Shown: positions 1 to 7,804 of the stretch, one piece after another
Numbering within the stretch: position 1 is the stretch's first letter
Layout: each line of letters starts with the position of its first letter
DNA from: Campylobacterota bacterium
GTDB taxonomy: Bacteria; Campylobacterota; Campylobacteria; Campylobacterales; Sulfurimonadaceae
DNA: 22,258 nucleotides
Direction of reading: 5' to 3'
Assembly: GCA_034661055.1 (NCBI GenBank)
Contig: JAYEKO010000018.1
Coordinates: 1-22,258 of the forward strand
The notes under the pieces: model-generated
The model's database searches: none
What the model was told of the DNA's origin: nothing
Seen by the model: only the letters and a program-made list of their open reading frames with translations
Position numbers and translations under genes: made by a program

Positions 1-58
1 TATTCATGTCTAATTTATCTTCTTGTATATTATATGTAAATAAATTTGGTATTTTCAC
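1..58 (-). CDS. 5' end of a hypothetical CDS running off the left edge (MKIPNLFTYNIQEDKLDMN...)
   Basis: GGAG Shine-Dalgarno 5 nt upstream of a GTG at 58-56 on the minus strand; open frame to the window edge; only 19 codons visible. Confidence 0.35.
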   Translation of the reverse strand, partial: MKIPNLFTYNIQEDKLDMN

Positions 59-116
59 ACTATCTCCAAAACAGTTGTTTTAAAAATAGTATCTTAATTG
101 CAATACCAAAATCACT

Positions 117-139
117 TTATATTGCAAATTGCAATATAA
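117..139 (-). terminator. Hairpin directly after the glyQ stop (probable terminator)
   Basis: TTATATTGCA-AAT-TGCAATATAA perfect 10-bp inverted repeat abutting the glyQ stop codon. Confidence 0.5.
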
Positions 140-1012
140 TTAGACTTTAATACGCTCCGCTTCTTGAGCTTTATAGAGTTCCGCACAGCCACGTGAAAGT
201 TCACGAATTTTCAAGATGTAATTGGCGCGCTCTGTTTGAGAGATTGCCTTTCGTGCATCAAGTGTGTTAAAGGTGTGTGATGCTGCCATACAGAGATCGT
301 ATGCCGGTAGTGGGAGTCCTGCTTCAAGGGCTTTGACACACTCATTAGATTTTGCTTCAAAGTCTGTAAATAACATTGCCGTATCGGCTACTTCAAAATT
401 ATATTTTGAGAACTGAATTTCACTCTCTTTATGGATGTCACGGTAGAGTGTTTGTCCATACTCATTCTCTCCCCAGACAATATCAAAAATAGAGTCAACA
501 CCTTGTAGGTACATAGCAAGACGCTCTGTTCCATAAGTGATCTCAACAGCTACAGGGTCACACGCAATTCCTCCAACTTGTTGAAAATAGGTAAACTGCG
601 TCACTTCCATCCCGTTTAGCCACACTTCCCAACCAAGCCCCCAAGCACCAAGTGTTGGAGATTCCCAGTTGTCTTCTACAAAGCGAATATCGTGCTCTTG
701 TAAATTGAGACCCAAATACTCTAAACTTTTTAAATAGAGCTCTTGAATATTCTCAGGACTCGGTTTAATCAGTGCCTGAAACTGGTAGTAGCTTCCCAGG
801 CGGTTTGGATTCTCTCCATAACGTCCGTCAGTTGGACGACGTGAAGGTGCTACATATGCCACAGACCATGGCTGAGAGTCAAGTGAACGTAAAAAAGTTG
901 CAGGGTGAAATGTCCCTGCCCCTGCAGGAATATCGTAGGGTTGAACAATATTACAGCCCTGATCTTTCCAGAACTCTTGAAGTTTTAAAAGCATATCACT
1001 AAATGTTATCAT
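140..1012 (-). CDS. glyQ: Glycine--tRNA ligase alpha subunit
   Basis: Motifs [54 protein letters not shown]; 290 aa. Confidence 0.98.
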   Translation of the reverse strand: MITFSDMLLKLQEFWKDQGCNIVQPYDIPAGAGTFHPATFLRSLDSQPWSVAYVAPSRRPTDGRYGENPNRLGSYYQFQALIKPSPENIQELYLKSLEYLGLNLQEHDIRFVEDNWESPTLGAWGLGWEVWLNGMEVTQFTYFQQVGGIACDPVAVEITYGTERLAMYLQGVDSIFDIVWGENEYGQTLYRDIHKESEIQFSKYNFEVADTAMLFTDFEAKSNECVKALEAGLPLPAYDLCMAASHTFNTLDARKAISQTERANYILKIRELSRGCAELYKAQEAERIKV

Positions 1013-1038
1013 AAGTACCTCATATAAATAATGACGAC

Positions 1039-1047
1039 ATTATAGCA
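1039..1047 (-). promoter_or_regulatory. Extended -10 promoter element for glyQ
   Basis: TGcTATAAT on the minus strand about 27 nt upstream of the glyQ ATG. Confidence 0.6.
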
Positions 1048-1119
1048 AAGTGACTTTTACTCATGTTAAAATATTGCATTATTTATGAGAAGTTAACACT
1101 TTTACTTTATACTGCAGCT

Positions 1120-2454
1120 ATGAAACAACTAATATTTATGACTTTAACGCTACTTTTACTGATTGGATGTGGCAGTGGTGGTGGTAGTGAGTCTGAACCT
1201 GAACCGATACCAGCTCCTGTTACTCCAAGTCCTGTGGTCAATGAAAAACGTCCTACGCTTGTTATTCGCATTGCCTACAATGATATCACGTTCCAGAGTC
1301 CTGTCACTACATGGACCGACAAAATCTTTGGTTTCAAAGAGCATCAACTCAATAGCTATTACAAAGAGATCTCTATGGGTAACTTCACTTTTGATGCGGT
1401 GCAAGAGAGTGAAGGTACTCATAATGATGGGATCATCTCAATAACACTTAACAAAAATCATCCCGATTCTGGTGCGAGTTCAACTATTCATACCGATCTC
1501 TTTCAGGCACTCTCACTGGCGGATCCCTATATTGATGTATCACAATATGATACTAATGCCAATGGAGCCATCTCTCCCGATGAGATGCTCATCATCTTTA
1601 TTATTGCTGGTAATGAAGATGCCCACTCAGGTTCTACTGCTAAGCTTGGTGTCTGGGCTCATCAATCTTGTACCTCTATTTTAAATACACCTTCATTAGA
1701 TGACACTAAATTAATGGGCTGTTCAGTCAATGGGAATTACGCTATGTTTGGTGAGCGTCACGGTAACAATGATGCAACCATAGGCATTATAGCCCACGAG
1801 CTTGGCCACGCCGCTTTTAATCTTCCCGATCTTTATGATACAACAGAACAGTCAGCCGGTCTGGGTTACTTTGCTCTGATGAGTTCAGGTATGTGGGGAT
1901 TTGATGGCTTAGGTGACCTGCCTGGTAACACCCCCATTCATATGTGTGCATGGAGCAAAACCAAAGTCAACTGGATTGAGCCGGAAGTTATTTCAAACAG
2001 CAGTGATTTACATGTAAATTTTTATGCCAGCTCATCAGATGATTTCAATATTGTTAAAATTCCTATTACCGACACCGAGTATTTTTTACTTGAAAACAGA
2101 CACAACAGTGGTTATGACCGTGGTTTAGAAGCGATCTCTTTTTATTTTAATGGAGGCTTGGCCATTTGGCATATTGATGAGAATGTCATCAACAGCAATA
2201 TGCTTACCAACAGCGTTAATGACAATGTCAACCACAAAGGTGTCGACCTAGAAGAGGCGGCGCGCGCAGTTTTAGATTATGATGTCGCAGCATATGGCGA
2301 GAGAGAGAATCTCTTTTATCAGAGCAATGTTGATAGTTTTACACCCCATACATCACCCTCTAGCAAAGGCTACAATGGTAGCAACAGTAATATACATGTA
2401 AATAATATCTCAGAGTATGGCACCATTATGAGTGCCACGATTTCAAAGGATTAA
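1120..2454 (+). CDS. M6 family (immune inhibitor A-like) zinc metalloprotease, lipoprotein
   Basis: Start reassigned to ATG 1120 (MKQLIFMTLTLLLLIG-C lipobox); HELGH zinc motif (1795-1809) followed by LPDLYD, LMSSG-W, EYFLLENR and GGLAIWHIDE, all typical of M6. Confidence 0.88.
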   Translation: MKQLIFMTLTLLLLIGCGSGGGSESEPEPIPAPVTPSPVVNEKRPTLVIRIAYNDITFQSPVTTWTDKIFGFKEHQLNSYYKEISMGNFTFDAVQESEGTHNDGIISITLNKNHPDSGASSTIHTDLFQALSLADPYIDVSQYDTNANGAISPDEMLIIFIIAGNEDAHSGSTAKLGVWAHQSCTSILNTPSLDDTKLMGCSVNGNYAMFGERHGNNDATIGIIAHELGHAAFNLPDLYDTTEQSAGLGYFALMSSGMWGFDGLGDLPGNTPIHMCAWSKTKVNWIEPEVISNSSDLHVNFYASSSDDFNIVKIPITDTEYFLLENRHNSGYDRGLEAISFYFNGGLAIWHIDENVINSNMLTNSVNDNVNHKGVDLEEAARAVLDYDVAAYGERENLFYQSNVDSFTPHTSPSSKGYNGSNSNIHVNNISEYGTIMSATISKD

Positions 2455-2457
2455 ACG

Positions 2458-2808
2458 GTGAAATTACTTTTTTTATTAACTACCATAACATCACTACTAT
2501 TTTGCGCACCAGCATTTCATGGTAAAAAAAACTTTGCACTTGAAAATGGCAATACCTTTAGCGGCTATATCAAAGGTGATGAACATCTAAACTGGATTGA
2601 GAGTGATGAGGGTGAAGTTATTCTATTTAATAAAGAGCATAACCGTTACGAGTACGCAACAATAAAAGAGAATAAACTAATACCCTCTGGAGTTGCAAAA
2701 AAAGCTCAAACAAAACAGCGTAAGAGCGCTACATCTATCTCAAAAGAGCAACTTCATGACCTCTGGAAGAAAAAACGTTCTGATGAATTTAAACGAAGAG
2801 AGCAGTAA
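2458..2808 (+). CDS. Secreted 116-aa protein resembling a stand-alone M6 protease N-terminal propeptide
   Basis: Signal peptide, then APA...NGNTF...GDEHLNWIES-EG...YEYA...L-PSG, the pattern that opens many full-length M6 proteases; starts 3 nt after the protease stop. Confidence 0.65.
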   Translation: MKLLFLLTTITSLLFCAPAFHGKKNFALENGNTFSGYIKGDEHLNWIESDEGEVILFNKEHNRYEYATIKENKLIPSGVAKKAQTKQRKSATSISKEQLHDLWKKKRSDEFKRREQ

Positions 2809-2829
2809 GGGTCAAGTCAGCCCTGAGAT

Positions 2830-2898
2830 ACTGTAAACTAAAATATATAACGCATCAAAAGTAACCTTGCTAGCCTCTTTCATTGTCACATCATTAAT
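2830..2898 (-). pseudogene. Decayed 23-codon fragment of a DUF89/ARMT1-like gene
   Basis: Minus strand reads INDVTMKEASKVTFDALYILVYS versus INDVTTKEAKEAGFDVLCTLVDS at 7166-7234 (14/23 aa and 51/69 nt identical by hand alignment). Confidence 0.75.
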
Positions 2899-3034
2899 TA
2901 AGTGCTGGAAACCGATGACTTAAAACTTCGTGATTGTGGGATTTATAAGCTCAACTTAATCCCGTTGCCCTCTTTAAAGTAAAATTAAACTATGTACTTA
3001 AGCTAAATGTTATTAAATCCAAACTATCATATCT

Positions 3035-3048
3035 ATTGTATATACAAT
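3035..3048. promoter_or_regulatory. Palindromic operator upstream of the BrnT-like TA pair
   Basis: Perfect 14-bp palindrome ATTGTATATACAAT just upstream of the RBS and TTG at 3061. Confidence 0.55.
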
Positions 3049-3060
3049 TAAGGGTTTATT

Positions 3061-3291
3061 TTGAAGTATGATTGGGATAAAAATAAAAACCTGATATTGA
3101 AAAAAGAGCGTGATGTCTCTTTTGAAGAGGTGCTGCTTGGCCTTTCAGAAGGTCGGCTTCTCGATGTGTTACCACATTTTAATACACAACAGTATCCCCG
3201 TCAAAAGCTTTTTATTATGACAATAAAAGGCTATACCTATTACATTCCCTTTATTGAAGATGAAGCGTTGGTATGCCCTATCAAACATTAA
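3061..3291 (+). pseudogene. BrnT-like type II toxin, 3'-truncated
   Basis: MKYDWDKNKNLILKKERDVSFEEV...HFNTQQYPRQKLFI...YTYYIPFIEDE is BrnT-like; the expected C-terminal (FLKT..PSRK-like) segment is absent and replaced by out-of-frame antitoxin sequence. Confidence 0.75.
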
Positions 3292-3341
3292 TTAGTTCTA
3301 TCATTCACCAATATAATCAAGGTAAACTAAAGTCAGTATAA
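3264..3341 (+). pseudogene. C-terminal remnant of the cognate ribbon-helix-helix antitoxin (BrnA/CopG-like)
   Basis: A different frame from the toxin reads SVGMPYQTLISSIIHQYNQGKLKSV*; GxPYQTLI is the signature of these antitoxins; not in the ORF track. Confidence 0.75.
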
Positions 3342-3466
3342 ATTTTTATGCACCCTGAGAACTTAGAAATATATTTTGTGATTGTTGTATGCACAATGAG
3401 ATTGAGGTAGTAAAAGCTATTACTATCCTACTTTAATATATGCCGCTTTTTACCTATAAAGTCTCA

Positions 3467-3511
3467 TATATTTGTATTTATAATAATAATATTGATATAA
3501 TTACAAATATA
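3467..3511 (+). promoter_or_regulatory. hipA promoter (TGaTATAAT, 3493-3501) embedded in a long inverted repeat (candidate operator)
   Basis: TATATTTGTA-T-TTATA (3467-3482) and TATAA-T-TACAAATATA (3496-3511): 16-bp arms with one mismatch. Confidence 0.55.
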
Positions 3512-3530
3512 CATAAATAAAGGTATTATT

Positions 3531-4790
3531 TTGGATAAAAAAGTAAGTTTATTTCTATTTGAAAAGCACATTGCAGATATATATCAAATTGATAATAGAG
3601 TATACCTACGTCAATTTGATTCGGCAGCATTTAAAGCAAGTCCAATTTCTATTGCTAAAGATATCACTGATATAGAGACAACATCTCTAGTTTTTCAAGA
3701 AAGAGTAGCTGGGTTTGTAAGTGATTCTTTGCCTGGTAGTTTTGGTGATGAAATACTAGATAAGTTCTTTGAGCAAAATAACAATGGAGCAAAACCAACA
3801 ATCATAGAAAAACTTCTCTTCATTGGAAATCGTGGACTTGGTGCATTAGAGTTTAGAGTAGCTCATGAGTTTGATGAAACTATAGAAAAGACACTTGCTT
3901 TAAAAGATATCTATGAAGAAGCTAAAAAGTTAAAGAGAGGTAATAATTTTAAATCTATTCATTCAGCTTTTTTGGTTTCTGCTCACTCATTTGTTGGTGG
4001 AGCTAGAAGTAAAGCTGTAGTTGCAATTAATCTTGATACTAACGAAGTTTACCTTGGAGATAGAACAAAGGAGCCACCAAAAGGTTTTATACCTGCAATA
4101 GTAAAATATGATGATACACAAGATGGAGATGAGAATAAGTCAACTTACTCTAAACTCGAGTATATCTATTACCTGTTAGCAAAAGAGTCTGGCATAAATA
4201 TGATGGAATGTCATCTTTTAGAGTCAAATAACAAACACCATTTTGTTACAAAGAGATTTGACATTGATAAAGGCAACAAATTACATGTACACTCTTTAGC
4301 CGGACTTCTACATGTAGATTATAATATTCCAAGAACAGTAGGATACGAAGAACTATTAAGAGTTGCTGTAAAGCTAGGGGCAACCCAGAGTTTAAAACAA
4401 CTATTTTTACAGATGCTCTTTAACTATATGTTTGTTAACCAAGATGATCATGCTCGTAATTTCTCTTTTATGTGTTCTAGCGATTACAAGTGGAGATCAA
4501 CTCCTGCATATGACATCACTTTTGCAAAAGGAGTAAAGCAAACTAGAGAACACCAACTCTCTCTTAATGGTAAAGCCTTCTCACAAATAACGCTACAAGA
4601 TGTTGTAAGTTTAGCTACAGAGTTTTCAATAGAGTTAGAATTTGTAAGCGATAGCATAACAAAGATGAAAGCTCTTAGAAATGAAGAACTTCCAAAACTA
4701 ATGCAAAAACACCAAGTATCTACACAAAAACAGGAACAAGTACGAGAAGCTGTGATGTCAAGAGATTTTCAAGGAGAACTAGATGAATAG
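3531..4790 (+). CDS. hipA: HipA-family Ser/Thr kinase toxin
   Basis: N-terminal SDSLP-G subdomain, Gly-rich loop SFVGGARSK, KRFD, catalytic NQDDHARNFSF, PAYD; TTG start with AAAGG RBS. Confidence 0.9.
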   Translation: MDKKVSLFLFEKHIADIYQIDNRVYLRQFDSAAFKASPISIAKDITDIETTSLVFQERVAGFVSDSLPGSFGDEILDKFFEQNNNGAKPTIIEKLLFIGNRGLGALEFRVAHEFDETIEKTLALKDIYEEAKKLKRGNNFKSIHSAFLVSAHSFVGGARSKAVVAINLDTNEVYLGDRTKEPPKGFIPAIVKYDDTQDGDENKSTYSKLEYIYYLLAKESGINMMECHLLESNNKHHFVTKRFDIDKGNKLHVHSLAGLLHVDYNIPRTVGYEELLRVAVKLGATQSLKQLFLQMLFNYMFVNQDDHARNFSFMCSSDYKWRSTPAYDITFAKGVKQTREHQLSLNGKAFSQITLQDVVSLATEFSIELEFVSDSITKMKALRNEELPKLMQKHQVSTQKQEQVREAVMSRDFQGELDE

Positions 4791-5163
4791 TAATAACCTA
4801 CTTTCAAAACTAAAGTCATTTGAGCAAGAGGCTAAAACTACTAAGAAAAAAAATATAAATATTGATGCTTCGTTTTCCACACTTACAGATGAAGAGATAT
4901 CCTTAGTTTTAGCTCATCGTGCAAAAAAGCTTAGAATAGAGAACAATCTAAAGCAAAGTGAGTTCAGTAAAAATGCGAAGTTGTCATCCCCTACAACTTA
5001 TTCTAACTTTGAACAAACGGGAAAAGTATCACTTATTAATTTTATAAAGATTGTTAGAAACTTTGGAAGAATGGAAGAATTAGAAAGTTTGTTAAAAAGT
5101 GATATATCATCAGTTATCGATAACGCAGAAAACATGCGAAAAACAAAAAAACGAGTTAGGTAA
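4783..5163 (+). CDS. XRE-family HTH protein, probable antitoxin/regulator of the HipA kinase
   Basis: AKKLRIENNLKQSEFSKNAKLSSPTTYSNFEQTGKVSL HTH; overlaps the hipA end by 8 nt. Confidence 0.8.
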   Translation: MNSNNLLSKLKSFEQEAKTTKKKNINIDASFSTLTDEEISLVLAHRAKKLRIENNLKQSEFSKNAKLSSPTTYSNFEQTGKVSLINFIKIVRNFGRMEELESLLKSDISSVIDNAENMRKTKKRVR

Positions 5164-5201
5164 ATGGAAGTTGATATTTTAAGTGATTTACTTAAACTAG
5201 T

Positions 5202-5271
5202 TACTAACAAAACCTTGGAGAGCAATAGTTTACCCTAGCGGGAAAACTATTGCTCTCCTCGACCGTTATAT
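5202..5271 (+). mobile_element. Integron attC-like recombination site
   Basis: TACTAAC (R'') ... 15-bp perfect stem GGAGAGCAATAGTTT/AAACTATTGCTCTCC with inner CCC-TAGC-GGG ... GTTATAT (R'); 70 bp, located just after a stop codon, no U-tract. Confidence 0.7.
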
Positions 5272-5345
5272 TCAAGACTTAAGTAGTGGAACATAAATAA
5301 TTTTTAAGTTATACTTACTAAATAAATAATATTTAGGGCTTGAAA

Positions 5346-5561
5346 ATGGCAAAAACTTTTTTCCCAAATGACAAACAAACAATATTAGTAGATGCTAGCA
5401 ACCCACATCCAAAGAATACACAATATAAAATTTCTATAGGATTGGAATATTGGGGGAATTTAAACCATGAAGTTGTAAAAGTTCAAATGGTTTATGAAGG
5501 GAAAATATCAGGTAGAAAAAGCCCTTCTTATCCTATTGGAATAGAAGCTAGTAGGAGTTAA
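5346..5561 (+). CDS. Small hypothetical protein (71 aa), possibly C-terminally truncated
   Basis: AGGG RBS 7 nt before ATG 5346; upstream TTTAAGT-TATACT promoter-like element; stop lies 1 nt before the Fic ATG. Confidence 0.6.
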   Translation: MAKTFFPNDKQTILVDASNPHPKNTQYKISIGLEYWGNLNHEVVKVQMVYEGKISGRKSPSYPIGIEASRS

Positions 5562-5562
5562 A

Positions 5563-6837
5563 ATGACTAAAAAGAAATATCCTACTTCAGCTAAAGAATG
5601 GATGAAATATTTAACTGTAGATCAATACCTCACTCCAAAAGAGATTGAATATAGAAAAAAACTTATTATAGAAAGTGAATGTAACTATAATGAAGTAAAT
5701 AATAAAATAATAAAATATAGAAATAGATTTAAAAAAGAGCTTATTAGTTTAGAAAATGAAAGTTTTACATTTGTTGAGACTCATTACATGAAAGAGAATG
5801 TTGATAAAATTAAAAACTTTTGGAAAAATAGCTCTTATTCTTTTAAAGAGAGTTATAAAAAGGAACTAATATTTGATACTTTACTTTCTGAGGCATTTCA
5901 TTCATCGTCAATTGAGGGTGCTCACAGTACAAAAAAAAGAACAGAAGAAATAATTAAAAAACAATTAACACCGGTGGATAAATCGGAAAGAATGATTTTT
6001 AATAACTATAAAGCTTTAGAATATATATTTGATAATAAAGAACAAAAATTAGATGATACATTTGTGTTATCGCTACATAAAATGATTTCAGAAGATACTC
6101 TTGATGAAAAAGAAGATGAGGGTGCATACAGAAATGATGGAGTAGATATAACTACAGCTACACAAAAAGTTGTTTTTAGACCAACTTCCAATATTGAAAA
6201 AATGATGAAGATGATTAATAAGCTTTATTTATTTACTAATTCAAATAATGATGACTGTGAAACAGAATATATTGAATCAATATACAAGATTATTGCATTT
6301 CATTTTTTATATGGCTATATCCATCCTCACTTTGATGGGAACGGTAGAACTTTAAGAGTATTATTTACGCACTTACTTGGACAGAATGGTTTCGATATGT
6401 TTTACTATATATCATTATCTGAAATTATCCACCTTAGTGAAAAAAGAAAAAAAGAGTACGAAAAAGCATTTATTGATGTAGAAGAAAATGAATTAGATTT
6501 AACTTATTTTATATATTATATTCAAGATATTATGATTGAAGCATTACAAGTGTTAGATGATAGAGTCTTTTTATACTTTAGAGAAAGTATTATATTTGAC
6601 AAGGTTGAAGAAGAAGATGTTAAATTAACTAAACGTCAAGAAAATATTTTAAAACTAATAGCAAAAAATAAAAGAGCATTTGCTATGACATCTAAAGAAA
6701 TTGCAAAAAGATTTAAATTATCAACTCAAACAATTTTAAGAGATATAAGATTTTTAATTGATTTTAAACTATTAAGAAAAAAACAAACTGGTTTAAAAAT
6801 ATATTATGAACTAGATATTGATGTTACAAGAAGTTAA
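5563..6837 (+). CDS. Fic family protein with N-terminal inhibitory motif and C-terminal winged HTH
   Basis: Fic motif HPHFDGNGRTLR; SSSIEG (SxxxEG) autoinhibitory motif; C-terminal TSKEIAKRFKLSTQTILRDI HTH; AGGAG RBS; very AT-rich. Confidence 0.9.
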   Translation: MTKKKYPTSAKEWMKYLTVDQYLTPKEIEYRKKLIIESECNYNEVNNKIIKYRNRFKKELISLENESFTFVETHYMKENVDKIKNFWKNSSYSFKESYKKELIFDTLLSEAFHSSSIEGAHSTKKRTEEIIKKQLTPVDKSERMIFNNYKALEYIFDNKEQKLDDTFVLSLHKMISEDTLDEKEDEGAYRNDGVDITTATQKVVFRPTSNIEKMMKMINKLYLFTNSNNDDCETEYIESIYKIIAFHFLYGYIHPHFDGNGRTLRVLFTHLLGQNGFDMFYYISLSEIIHLSEKRKKEYEKAFIDVEENELDLTYFIYYIQDIMIEALQVLDDRVFLYFRESIIFDKVEEEDVKLTKRQENILKLIAKNKRAFAMTSKEIAKRFKLSTQTILRDIRFLIDFKLLRKKQTGLKIYYELDIDVTRS

Positions 6838-6847
6838 AGACATAACA

Positions 6848-6910
6848 ATTAAACCAAACAGTTTAAAAATTGAACTGACTGAGTCTATTTTAGTGGAAAA
6901 TTTAGATGAT
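6848..6910 (+). pseudogene. 21-codon fragment of an EAL (c-di-GMP phosphodiesterase) domain
   Basis: Reads IKPNSLKIELTESILVENLDD, matching the EAL 'P..L.lElTES.l' motif; no start codon. Confidence 0.6.
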
Positions 6911-6946
6911 GAGGGTCAGGTTTAGAAAGTGAAAGTGGTAGGCACT

Positions 6947-7804
6947 TTATATTACTTTACAGATACTATCACCAATCTCCCGACCTAAAGAAGCGGCAAC
7001 CACACCACATTTTACTTTAAGCAGATAACAGAGATTATCTCTGTGTGTTGGACTGAGACACTCATAGTTTCCCATCCCTTTTGTCAGTACAAAATCGGCA
7101 CTGTCAAAAAGTTCTTGTGACTCACTATTGGCTCTTTCATAAGCAAATCCAGGAGTATTAACGCCACTATCTACTAAGGTACACAATACATCAAAGCCAG
7201 CCTCTTTAGCCTCTTTCGTCGTCACATCATTAATAATAGGATTGCCACGCACCATGTAATATACATGTAAATTTGGGTATAGCTCTTGTAGTGTCTCAAT
7301 AGTTAAATAGTCAAAAATATGCTCGCCTACATTATCGCCAATATAGAGTAGTGTTGAAGACGTTGAGAGTTTTTGTCGTAGTACATTAACATCATCAATT
7401 TTAAAAGGAGTATGAAAAATTTTCTCCATCTCCTCATAAAGATCAAAACTTACCTCAGCAGCTAAATCAATCACATTACCTGCGACTGCAATTTTAATAG
7501 CAGTTAAAAACTTATCATCTGAGCCATCAAGCTCTTTTTTAAGTTCTGGAATAAATGCTAACGCTTTAGTAGTTGAGTGCTCTTTTACCTCATCATAAAG
7601 ATCAGGTTTATTGGCAATATCTGCCATCTCTTCATAAACACTACTGGCTACTTCGGGAGGAGAACATCTGAAGTCAAAAGTTTTGGAGGCATTTTTTACA
7701 TGTAAAGTAAGTTTTTCTTTAAGGGCAACGTCCGCACCAATAGCATCTGCTACTCGAGCAGATTGATTAATAATGCACTCAACACAGGGGTCAGCTATGG
7801 TCAT
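6947..7804 (-). CDS. DUF89/ARMT1-like damage-control metal-dependent phosphatase
   Basis: N-terminal CxxC, AGNVID, DNVGE, PIIND, KGMGNYE motifs; ATGA overlap with the upstream gene. Confidence 0.88.
   Translation of the reverse strand: MTIADPCVECIINQSARVADAIGADVALKEKLTLHVKNASKTFDFRCSPPEVASSVYEEMADIANKPDLYDEVKEHSTTKALAFIPELKKELDGSDDKFLTAIKIAVAGNVIDLAAEVSFDLYEEMEKIFHTPFKIDDVNVLRQKLSTSSTLLYIGDNVGEHIFDYLTIETLQELYPNLHVYYMVRGNPIINDVTTKEAKEAGFDVLCTLVDSGVNTPGFAYERANSESQELFDSADFVLTKGMGNYECLSPTHRDNLCYLLKVKCGVVAASLGREIGDSICKVI

Noticed and set aside
140..1012. glyQ without an adjacent glyS
   Set aside because: Separation of glyQ and glyS is normal in Campylobacterota
2938..2970. GGGATT...AATCCC hairpin ending CTCAACTTAATCCCGTT as another attC
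   Set aside because: No upstream TAAC R'' box or convincing left arm; too degenerate to support
3267..3273. GTTGGTA as the left core site of the hipA cassette (6/7 complementary to TACTAAC)
   Set aside because: It is fully explained as the V-G-M codons of the antitoxin remnant, so the left cassette boundary remains unidentified
5217..5258. The hairpin as an ordinary intrinsic terminator
   Set aside because: No U-tract on either side, and it is flanked by TAAC/GTTA boxes at attC-like spacing; incidental terminator activity is not excluded
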